Assembly: GCA_030433115.1 (NCBI GenBank)
Contig: JAUILH010000005.1
Coordinates: 4,592 to 68,591 of the forward strand
Length of the DNA stretch: 64,000 nucleotides
Direction of reading: 5' to 3'
From: Bacteroidia bacterium
GTDB taxonomy: Bacteria > Bacteroidota > Bacteroidia > Flavobacteriales_D > JAUILH01
Below the pieces are notes generated by a model. It was not told the DNA's origin. It made no database searches and saw only the letters and a program-made list of their open reading frames with translations. This document shows positions 11,259-19,116 of this stretch, one piece after another (within the stretch, counting starts at the first letter, position 1; the number at the start of each line of letters is the position of its first letter). The position numbers and the translations under genes were made by a program.

Positions 11259-14200
11259 GACATTTATTAATTTTTGCCCTATCGATGGCTTTCATCAATA
11301 CATGGGCTCAAACCAATACAAACTGTCCAAACATGGACCCGATTTGTACAAATGCAGGTCTGAACTTTAATGCCACTGCAACTGGTACGGATGCTACCGT
11401 TACTGAACCTGGAAACGATTACGACTGTATGTTTTCAGCACCAGATCCAACCTGGTACTATTTGGAAGTATCTAATGCCGGGAATATTGATATGAGTCTA
11501 TCGGCAGGATCTGATATAGATTTCGTTGTATGGGGACCTTTCCCTAATTTAGCTGCTGCCCAAGCTGGGTGTGGGAACCTTGGCAATGGAGGTGTTGGCA
11601 GCAACGTTGTCGATTGCGGTTATACGACGACTGCAACAGAGACGCCTAGTATCCCAAATGCGCAGGTAGGTGAAGTATACGTTATGTTAATCACAAACTA
11701 CGCTGGGATCGTTCAACCTATTACCCTTACACAAACTGGAGGCACCGGGGCAACAGATTGCTCTATCGTGAATCCTTGTTTCATGAATTTCATTGATGCC
11801 AATTTAACAGCTTGCAATCCTCCAACCGGAACATTTGATGTTTCTGGGCAGATACAATTCACCGATCCACCAACTACCGGTCAATTAATCGTTGAAAACT
11901 GCTCTGGTGATCAACAAGTATTTAATGCCCCCTTTGTAAGCCCTATTAATTATAACATCACTAGTATTAATGCCGATGGTACTGCTGGGTGTGCTGTTAC
12001 AGCCTATTTCACCGATGACGCTACCTGTACTATTTCAACCCCAAATTTCACTGAACCAGTTTGTGTTTGTAACATCAACAATTTCCAAGTCAACATAGGT
12101 GCTTGTCAAACCACCACAAATACTTATATGGTTGATGGAACCATTGATTTTCAATCTGCACCAGGAGCCGGAACACTTATTGTTGAAGTGGGTTGCGGTG
12201 GACCTGTTTATGATACTATTATCAATTTACCATTTGTAAGTCCTCAGACATTTAGTATTTCAGGTATTCCCTCTGATGGAGCGGCATGTACCATCACAGC
12301 TTATTTCTCTAACGACCCAACATGTTCTTCCAGTATCAATTTTAATGCACCAGCCTCCTGTGCCTGCCCCGCTGATGCTGGCACCTATTCAGTTAATGTG
12401 ACTGGTAGCAGCAATACAAACTATGTCTTGTGTGACGGGGATCAAATTGACTTTGTTCACAACAATGATCATACTCCACCTGATGATTTAAACGATCCCG
12501 TGACTGGATACAATCCTGGAATTTGGTGGATGATTTATAGCTGTCCTCCAACACCTGGAATGGATATTTTATTGGATCCCTGTTTTGAAGGTGTTGTGGC
12601 CCAAACTCCTAATTGGTCGGATGTGAATGACATGACCGTAATTAATTCATTTGCTCCGGGAACTTTTGTTGACAACACTGTATACTATGTTCCCATTACC
12701 ATGTACGATATAACTACTGGTATATATAGCCTGTATCCTCCGCCGAACCTTTGTTTTGGAATGGGAACCCCGACAGCTGTAACTTACCTTCCTCCAATCA
12801 CTTTCAATGCCGTGGAAGATTGTCCTAACGGAGAATTGGTGGTAACCTTAAATGGTGGGCATCCGGAAGTATATGGCACCAACTTTACGGCCTCTAACTT
12901 ATTGCCCGGAACAGCCAGTTTTGCCAACACCACAGCGCCTGATGGTGGTACCATTACCATCACTGGCCTTCAGGATGGAGATATGTATAGCTTTGATGTG
13001 ATTGATCAGAATGGGTGTCCTATTCAGGTTACTGGCGGACCATTTGTAGGTCCACCAGATGCAACCATCAACCCAGCTGGGCCGTTCTGCCCCAACGATC
13101 CTGCACTTAACTTAACCGCTGCCACACCTGGTGGTACATGGTCGGGTACGGGCATTACCAACGCTGGTGCAGGTACGTTCGATCCTGCCACTGCCGGTGC
13201 AGGTACACACACCATTACATATACCGTGGGTGGGGCTTGCCCATCTACCGATACTGAAGACATTGTGGTAAATGCCGCTTTTGATGCCACCATAACCCCT
13301 GCAGGACCGTTCTGTGAAGATGACGCCTCTGTTATCCTTACTGCTGTGGATCCGGGAGGCACTTGGACTGGTAATGGAATCATCAATGCGGCTACTGGTG
13401 AATTTGATCCTGCTACTGCCGGACCAGGGAACCACATCATTACCTATACAATTGCTGGTTCGTGTGGGGATACTGATACGGAAACCATTGTAGTAAATGC
13501 CCTGGATGATGCCACCATCACACCTGCCGGACCGTTCTGTGATTCTGATGCGCCTGTAAACCTTACTGCTGCTACTGCAGGTGGTACATGGGCTGGTACC
13601 GGAATTACCAATGCCGCCAATGGCACTTTTGATCCTGCCACTGCAGGACAAGGCACACACACCATTACATATACAACCAATGGTCCGTGCCCTGCTACAT
13701 CTACTGAAGATATTATAGTTACCAACCAATTGGATGCCACCATCACGCCCGCTGGACCCTTCTGTGAATCTAACGCCTCTACTATTTTAGCGGCTGTGGA
13801 TCCAGGAGGTACCTGGACTGGTAATGGAATCATCAATGCGGCTACCGGCGAATTTGATCCGGCTACTGCCGGACCAGGCACACACACCATCACCTATACC
13901 CTTGGTGGATCGTGTGGCGCTGTAGACACTGAAGACATTACCGTAATTGCAGATGATGATGCCACCATTAACCCAGCGGGGCCTTTCTGTGATACAGATC
14001 CGGTATTTACCATGACTGCTGCTGATCCTAATGGGGTGTGGAGTGCTACTTGTGGGGCGTGTATCAATGCCGCTACTGGTGATTTCGATCCAGCTGTGGC
14101 TGGTCCCGGAAACCACACCATTACCTACACCATTGCTGGTGCTTGTGGTGATCAGGATACCGAAACTGTGACGGTCAACGGTCAGCAAGATGCCACAGTA

Positions 14201-15670
14201 ACCCCGGCGGGGCCTTTCTGTGAAAACGATCCCGTATTCTTTATGACTGCCGTGGATCCGGGAGGCACATGGAGTGCCACTTGTGGAGCGTGTGTAGATG
14301 CCACTACCGGTGCTTTCAACCCAGCCATTGCAGGTACTGGTTTACACACCATCACCTACACCATTGCTGGTTCTTGTGGAGATGTACAAACCACAGATGT
14401 AGATGTATTACCTAATGCCAATGCGGCCATCACAGCTGTGGGACCTTTCTGTATTGGAAACCCTTCAGTATTCTTAATTGCAGTAGACCCAGGAGGCACA
14501 TGGAGTGGAATTGGTATTGTGGATCCAGCTACCGGTGAGTTCGACCCAACTGTGGCTGGACCAGGCGCACATGTCATTACTTACACCATTGCCGGGCAGT
14601 GTGGCAACTCTGAAACCACAGTCATTAACGTTAACGATCCTCTGGATGTGACAGCTTTTATTGACATGGATATTTGTGAGGGGCAAGATGCCAATCTATC
14701 TGCCATTGCCAATGGTGGAGATGGCAACTATACCTATAACTGGACTGATGACCTTGGAAATCCAGTTGGCAACGGACAGTTTATCACCGTTACACCTGCT
14801 GTGACTACTACCTATACCGTTACAGTAACTGATGGATGTGGGTCTACGGCTGTTACGGATCAGGTAACCGTGACAGTGAATCCGCTGCCTACCATTAATT
14901 TTGTGGTAAACAATGCCACTGGTTGTGCACCTTTAGAGGTGACATTTACAGACAACTCTGCGCCTGCTGGTACTAACTGTTTATGGGATTTTGGTGACAC
15001 TTTCTTCTCTACGGATTGTGGGGTTACTTCTCATACCTACACACAACCCGGTTGTTATGATGTATCTTTAACCATCACAACGGCCGCTGGGTGTTCTAAC
15101 AGTTTAACTCAACCAAACATGGTTTGTGTGAGCGAAAATGCTGTGGCCGATTTTGATTTCACTCCGGATTCTACCACTATTTTTGATCCTCACTTTGAAT
15201 TCACCAATCTCTCTCAAAATGCAGATTCTTATCTCTGGACTTTTGGAGATGGGGCCAACTCTACTGATGTGGACCCCTCACATACGTATGAAGCAATCCC
15301 TTTCGAACATGAGGTATGTTTGATTGCATACACCGTAGATGGTTGTAATGACACTATTTGTAAACCTGTTAAAATCAATGATGAATTCCTGATTTATGTG
15401 CCCAATGCTTTTACACCCGATGACGATCAGTTTAACAATGATTTTGGACCGGTAATTAGCGGACACATCCCAGAATCTTATGAATTCTACATCTTTGACA
15501 GATGGGGTCAAATCATCTTTGAATCACACAACCTTAACGTGCGGTGGGACGGCAGAGACCCTTCAGGGGTCATCGCTAAAACAGATGTATATGTCTGGAA
15601 AATTAAAGTTAAATCAGCTATCTCCGGAGAAGAAAAAGAGTATGTTGGACATGTGACTTTGTTAAAATAG
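11255..15670 (+). CDS. Large T9SS type-B CTD surface protein: Cys-rich N-terminal modules, 7 tandem Ig-like repeats, PKD-like domains
   Basis: Signal peptide 'MRHLLIFALSMAFINTWAQ'. Two ~95-aa Cys-containing modules (nt ~11800-12370). Seven 75-77-aa repeats. PKD-like 'WDFGDTFFS..HTYTQPGCYDVSLT' and 'WTFGDGANS..HTYE'. C-terminal 'NAFTPDDDQFNNDFGP...IFDRWGQIIFES...WDG...DVYVWKI' type-B CTD (nt ~15385-15667). Confidence 0.85.
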   Translation: MRHLLIFALSMAFINTWAQTNTNCPNMDPICTNAGLNFNATATGTDATVTEPGNDYDCMFSAPDPTWYYLEVSNAGNIDMSLSAGSDIDFVVWGPFPNLAAAQAGCGNLGNGGVGSNVVDCGYTTTATETPSIPNAQVGEVYVMLITNYAGIVQPITLTQTGGTGATDCSIVNPCFMNFIDANLTACNPPTGTFDVSGQIQFTDPPTTGQLIVENCSGDQQVFNAPFVSPINYNITSINADGTAGCAVTAYFTDDATCTISTPNFTEPVCVCNINNFQVNIGACQTTTNTYMVDGTIDFQSAPGAGTLIVEVGCGGPVYDTIINLPFVSPQTFSISGIPSDGAACTITAYFSNDPTCSSSINFNAPASCACPADAGTYSVNVTGSSNTNYVLCDGDQIDFVHNNDHTPPDDLNDPVTGYNPGIWWMIYSCPPTPGMDILLDPCFEGVVAQTPNWSDVNDMTVINSFAPGTFVDNTVYYVPITMYDITTGIYSLYPPPNLCFGMGTPTAVTYLPPITFNAVEDCPNGELVVTLNGGHPEVYGTNFTASNLLPGTASFANTTAPDGGTITITGLQDGDMYSFDVIDQNGCPIQVTGGPFVGPPDATINPAGPFCPNDPALNLTAATPGGTWSGTGITNAGAGTFDPATAGAGTHTITYTVGGACPSTDTEDIVVNAAFDATITPAGPFCEDDASVILTAVDPGGTWTGNGIINAATGEFDPATAGPGNHIITYTIAGSCGDTDTETIVVNALDDATITPAGPFCDSDAPVNLTAATAGGTWAGTGITNAANGTFDPATAGQGTHTITYTTNGPCPATSTEDIIVTNQLDATITPAGPFCESNASTILAAVDPGGTWTGNGIINAATGEFDPATAGPGTHTITYTLGGSCGAVDTEDITVIADDDATINPAGPFCDTDPVFTMTAADPNGVWSATCGACINAATGDFDPAVAGPGNHTITYTIAGACGDQDTETVTVNGQQDATVTPAGPFCENDPVFFMTAVDPGGTWSATCGACVDATTGAFNPAIAGTGLHTITYTIAGSCGDVQTTDVDVLPNANAAITAVGPFCIGNPSVFLIAVDPGGTWSGIGIVDPATGEFDPTVAGPGAHVITYTIAGQCGNSETTVINVNDPLDVTAFIDMDICEGQDANLSAIANGGDGNYTYNWTDDLGNPVGNGQFITVTPAVTTTYTVTVTDGCGSTAVTDQVTVTVNPLPTINFVVNNATGCAPLEVTFTDNSAPAGTNCLWDFGDTFFSTDCGVTSHTYTQPGCYDVSLTITTAAGCSNSLTQPNMVCVSENAVADFDFTPDSTTIFDPHFEFTNLSQNADSYLWTFGDGANSTDVDPSHTYEAIPFEHEVCLIAYTVDGCNDTICKPVKINDEFLIYVPNAFTPDDDQFNNDFGPVISGHIPESYEFYIFDRWGQIIFESHNLNVRWDGRDPSGVIAKTDVYVWKIKVKSAISGEEKEYVGHVTLLK
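13058..14644 (+). repeat. Seven in-frame tandem coding repeats (225, 225, 225, 225, 231, 231, 225 nt), consensus 'DATITPAGPFC..D....LTA..PGGTW.G.GI.NA..G.FDPA.AG.G.H.ITYT..G.C...DTE.I.V'
   Basis: I located the repeat starts at 13058, 13283, 13508, 13733, 13958, 14189 and 14420, all in the frame of the 11255 CDS. Confidence 0.85.
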
Positions 15671-15729
15671 CGCTTAATAGGATTACTACAGTAGTACACT
15701 TCTAAATTTTAACACCAAGCAACCTTTGC

Positions 15730-15737
15730 TAGATTTG
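15730..15737 (+). promoter_or_regulatory. Candidate Bacteroidota -7 promoter box (TAnnTTTG) for the choice-of-anchor-L gene
   Basis: 'tagatttg' matches TAnnTTTG and ends 13 nt before ATG 15751. There is no clean -33 TTG, only a T-run ~19 nt upstream. Confidence 0.35.
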
Positions 15738-15750
15738 CAGAGTCTGACGA

Positions 15751-17469
15751 ATGATTAAGATGAATGCAATGAAGAAAATTCTAAGCGCGCTATTGACCCT
15801 CACTATATGTTATTCAGGAAACACTCAAGTAACTGTTGATAACACCTCCATGACCGTTGAGCAATTTGTTCAAAACGTCCTATTAGGAGGTGGTGTTAGT
15901 ATTTCAAATGTTCAATACAACGGTGGGTCAGCCAATGTAACAATGGAATGCGTAGGAGAATTCAACGACCCCAACCAGAGTTCTGGGTTTGCCAACGGAT
16001 TGTTGATGGGTTCAGGAGATGTTCAGATGGCAGCACAAGCCAATACAGGTGGAGGAAATTCACAAGGTGGAACCGGTGCTCAAGGTTCCGACACGGATTT
16101 ACAATCAATCACACCCAACCAAATTTTTGATGAATGTGTTATTGAATTTGACTTTGTTCCCTCGGGAGATACCATCTCTTTCAACTATGTATTTGCTTCC
16201 GAGGAATATCCCGAATACGTCTGTGGAACTGTGAATGATGCATTTGGTTTCTTTTTAACAGGGCCTAACCCAGCTGGCGGTAACTACACTGCTCAAAATA
16301 TTGCCTTAGTTCCTGATCCTGCCAACCCCGGTCAATACACCACAACGCCTGTTTCAATCAACACCGTTAATCCTGGTACAGCAGGTACTTCTGGCACTCC
16401 TTCAAATTGTGACGCCATAGACCCTAACTGGGCTTCATACAATGTTTTCTACCAAAATAATGGAGGAACAGACTACGAGTATGATGGCAGAACTACTATA
16501 CTAACGGCTGTAGCCAACGTTATTTGCGGTCAAACATATCACATTAAACTGGCTATCGGAGATGGTGGTGATGCTGCATTTGATTCAGGAGTCTTTTTAG
16601 AAGGAAATAGTTTTAACTCAAGTGGTCTATCCATCACGGCAAATGTGTCCTCTATCTATGAGGGATGTCCGGGCGCATACTACGTGGTGAGCAGACCAGA
16701 CACAACTTCCAACGGTGTCATTCCTTTGATTATCCAAGGATCTGCAATTAACGGCACAGATTATGGTTTTTTAGCAGATAGCGTGATATTTGATCAGGGG
16801 CAGTTAACTGATACCATTTGGTTGGATATATTTTCAACAGACGGAGACACGAATTTCTGTGACACTTTAGAGATTTTTATTGATGATGCTTCTGCTTGCG
16901 GTGGACCAATCATCAAAATTCTTCAAGCGGACCCGCTGGAAGTATCCATTAATCCAGGTGATACAATTTGTACTCAGGCACCATTTAGTGAATCTCACTA
17001 TATGTTCCCCACTGTGGTCGGTGGTGTTCCCGGACCTTATGTATTTGGCTGGAATACTGCCCCTCTTTATGATTTTATGGGAGCTCAGGGGGACTCTACC
17101 GTAAACATTCAACCTGATACAACCACATATGTTACGTTAACTGTAGTAGATGCCTGCGGAAATACACAGACGTCTCAAGGAGAATTTGTGGCCGTCATGT
17201 GCCCATTGACCGCACCAAACGTATTTACCCCGAATGGTGATGGTTTGAATGATCAATTTTTTATCGTTAACTTGGGGCAGTATCCTCAGAGCAGACTTGA
17301 GGTGTATAATAGGTGGGGACGATTGGTCTATGAATCTGATAACTATCAGAATAATTGGGATGGCGGAGATATGAGTGATGGTGTTTATTACTACATACTT
17401 TATCCTAATGGACACTCCAGACCTCAAGAACCATTTGCTGGAACAGTTTATATAACAGGAAAAAACTAA
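15751..17469 (+). CDS. Choice-of-anchor-L domain surface protein with a Calx-beta-like segment and T9SS type-B CTD
   Basis: Signal peptide. 'VEQFVQNVLLGGGVSISNVQYNG', 'FASEEYPEYVCGTVNDAFGFFLTGPNP' and 'IGDGGDAAFDSGVFLE' are typical of choice-of-anchor L. 'GSAINGTDYGFLADSVIFDQGQLTDTIWLDIFSTDGD' is Calx-beta-like. C-terminal 'NVFTPNGDGLNDQFFI...VYNRWGRLVYES..NNWDG...DGVYYYIL'. Confidence 0.8.
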   Translation: MIKMNAMKKILSALLTLTICYSGNTQVTVDNTSMTVEQFVQNVLLGGGVSISNVQYNGGSANVTMECVGEFNDPNQSSGFANGLLMGSGDVQMAAQANTGGGNSQGGTGAQGSDTDLQSITPNQIFDECVIEFDFVPSGDTISFNYVFASEEYPEYVCGTVNDAFGFFLTGPNPAGGNYTAQNIALVPDPANPGQYTTTPVSINTVNPGTAGTSGTPSNCDAIDPNWASYNVFYQNNGGTDYEYDGRTTILTAVANVICGQTYHIKLAIGDGGDAAFDSGVFLEGNSFNSSGLSITANVSSIYEGCPGAYYVVSRPDTTSNGVIPLIIQGSAINGTDYGFLADSVIFDQGQLTDTIWLDIFSTDGDTNFCDTLEIFIDDASACGGPIIKILQADPLEVSINPGDTICTQAPFSESHYMFPTVVGGVPGPYVFGWNTAPLYDFMGAQGDSTVNIQPDTTTYVTLTVVDACGNTQTSQGEFVAVMCPLTAPNVFTPNGDGLNDQFFIVNLGQYPQSRLEVYNRWGRLVYESDNYQNNWDGGDMSDGVYYYILYPNGHSRPQEPFAGTVYITGKN

Positions 17470-17476
17470 AATAATT

Positions 17477-17998
17477 ATGAAAATATTAAGTGTATTTATT
17501 CTTTTATTGCCTCTACTGGCATTCAAATCTGTTGATGACAAGGCACAGACGGTTTCTACACCTACCATTGGAGGAAAAGAAGTCTATATCGTTCACATGC
17601 CACAAGCGAAATACAAGACCCTGGGAGTTGTTCGTTTAGATGACATGTTTGATGCTAATGAGAGAATGGAAAAATTGCTAGAACTGGCTAAAGAAAAGTT
17701 TGGTGACGATTTTGATGCGATTACAACCAGAGACGGCAGAACTGCAAACTGTATCAAGTTTACAGAAACTTCTTCAGGAAAAGCCAACTATATGAGAGCA
17801 AGCAAAAATCAAGTATATATTCTATCATCTCCGGATAAAAAGTTTGAGATATTAACTTCAGAACCGCTTGAAGAAGACTATACTAAATTGCCTTTTCACA
17901 GATTACTCAGCATGTTATCTAACAAAGTAGACATGCAAGAAGGCTGTGACGCTGTTGTGCTAACAAAAGATAACTTGGTTCAGTATATTAAATACTAA
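17477..17998 (+). CDS. Hypothetical secreted protein
   Basis: ATG start 7 nt after the previous stop. Signal-like 'MKILSVFILLLPLLAF'. Followed by a strong terminator. No recognisable family. Confidence 0.55.
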   Translation: MKILSVFILLLPLLAFKSVDDKAQTVSTPTIGGKEVYIVHMPQAKYKTLGVVRLDDMFDANERMEKLLELAKEKFGDDFDAITTRDGRTANCIKFTETSSGKANYMRASKNQVYILSSPDKKFEILTSEPLEEDYTKLPFHRLLSMLSNKVDMQEGCDAVVLTKDNLVQYIKY

Positions 17999-18020
17999 TC
18001 ATTATTGGAATAATACATTG

Positions 18021-18047
18021 AAGCCACCTCTTTAGGTGGCTTTTTTA
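18021..18047 (+). terminator. Rho-independent terminator closing the T9SS-cargo gene block
   Basis: Stem gccacc (18023-18028) / ggtggc (18035-18040), loop tcttta, then T6 (18041-18046). Confidence 0.7.
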
Positions 18048-18089
18048 TTGATTGAAATTTTGGCTAAATTATTGCCTGAAAGGAAGTAT

Positions 18090-19112
18090 ATGGACGATAG
18101 AAGATCATTTATCAAAAAAGGAAGTCTCGGTTTAATGGGGGCAGCAGTTCTTTCGAACAAATCAGCGCCTTTTTCAAACCTTCGGACATTAACAACAAAC
18201 AGAGCTCCAAAGCTTAACAAAGGAGACCTGATTGCCATTATAGCTCCTGGTGGTGCCATTTTTAGCGTGTCCTATATAGAGAAATTCGAAAACACCCTAC
18301 ACAGATTTGGTTTCAAAACAACCGTTGGAAGATCTGTCCACCAAAAATTTGGACAATTTGCCGGATACGAACAAGACAGAGCTAAAGAGATCATGGGTTT
18401 TTTCAAAGATCCTGAAGTCAAAGCCATTATTGGAATGAGAGGTGGCAGTGGGGCAGCCAGAATCCTGACTCACCTTGACTTTGAGACAATAGCGGAGAAT
18501 CCAAAAATCATCATGGGATTTAGTGATATTACCAGTACTATTAATGCCATTTACGCAAAAACAGGACTCATTACTTACCATGGACCAGTTGGCTACTCTA
18601 GTTGGGGTGATTTTACCTATAAAAGCTTCAAAAGAATGCTGGTCAATCCGGAAAAAGGTATTCTTCCATTGCACACTAGCAATCGACCAAAAACCATCTA
18701 TGGAGGCACTGCTTCCGGGCAATTAATTGGAGGTAATTTAACCGTCTTCACGACTTTAGTTGGCACACCATACATGCCTAATTGCAAAGATGCGATACTT
18801 GTTTTAGAAGAAATTGATGAGGAACCTTATGCCATAGATCGCATGTTGGTTCAATTAAAGCAAGCAGGTATTCTTGACCAACTCAATGGCATGATCCTGG
18901 GAGATTTTAAGCACTGCAAACCGGAAGAACCGGAAAAATCTCTGAGCTTAGGTCAAACTTTTGAACTTAATTTAATGCCTCTGAAAATCCCTATTTTCTC
19001 AGGAGCACCTTTCGGTCACACAACGCATAAATGGACCTTGCCAATTGGCGCAAAAGTGAGCATGGATGCAGACAAATTTGAATTAAATATTTTAGATTGC
19101 GGTGTCATTTAA
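18090..19112 (+). CDS. Peptidase S66 LD-carboxypeptidase (LdcA/MccF family) with a twin-arginine signal
   Basis: 'GDLIAIIAPGG', 'GYEQDRAKEIMGFFKDPEVKAIIGMRGGSGAARIL', 'GFSDITS', 'LEEIDEEPYAIDRML' and 'FGHT' are S66-type motifs. I chose the ATG at 18090 because the ORF-track start at 18036 overlaps the upstream terminator. The N-terminus 'MDDRRSFIKKGSLGLMGAAVLS' matches the Tat motif. Confidence 0.8.
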   Translation: MDDRRSFIKKGSLGLMGAAVLSNKSAPFSNLRTLTTNRAPKLNKGDLIAIIAPGGAIFSVSYIEKFENTLHRFGFKTTVGRSVHQKFGQFAGYEQDRAKEIMGFFKDPEVKAIIGMRGGSGAARILTHLDFETIAENPKIIMGFSDITSTINAIYAKTGLITYHGPVGYSSWGDFTYKSFKRMLVNPEKGILPLHTSNRPKTIYGGTASGQLIGGNLTVFTTLVGTPYMPNCKDAILVLEEIDEEPYAIDRMLVQLKQAGILDQLNGMILGDFKHCKPEEPEKSLSLGQTFELNLMPLKIPIFSGAPFGHTTHKWTLPIGAKVSMDADKFELNILDCGVI

Positions 19113-19116
19113 GTCT

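Noticed and set aside
13024-14686. A series of long minus-strand ORFs (138, 205, 149, 133, 75, 73 and 70 aa) antisense to the 1471-aa gene.
   Set aside because: They sit exactly on the seven tandem repeats and are themselves repetitive (Pro/Gly/Ala/Val-rich mirror images of the sense repeats). They have no independent start context or signal and are fully contained in a well-supported CDS. They are an artefact of stop-poor codon composition.
18036-18089. ORF-track N-terminal extensions at 18036, 30749, 32328, 34490, 36932, 44210, 49629, 41703 and 57150.
   Set aside because: The extended starts overlap an upstream terminator or gene, or use TTG/GTG. Internal ATGs (18090, 30809, 32412, 34574, 37019, 44195, 49599, 41685, 57132) immediately yield proper Tat, Sec or lipoprotein signals or canonical domain starts.
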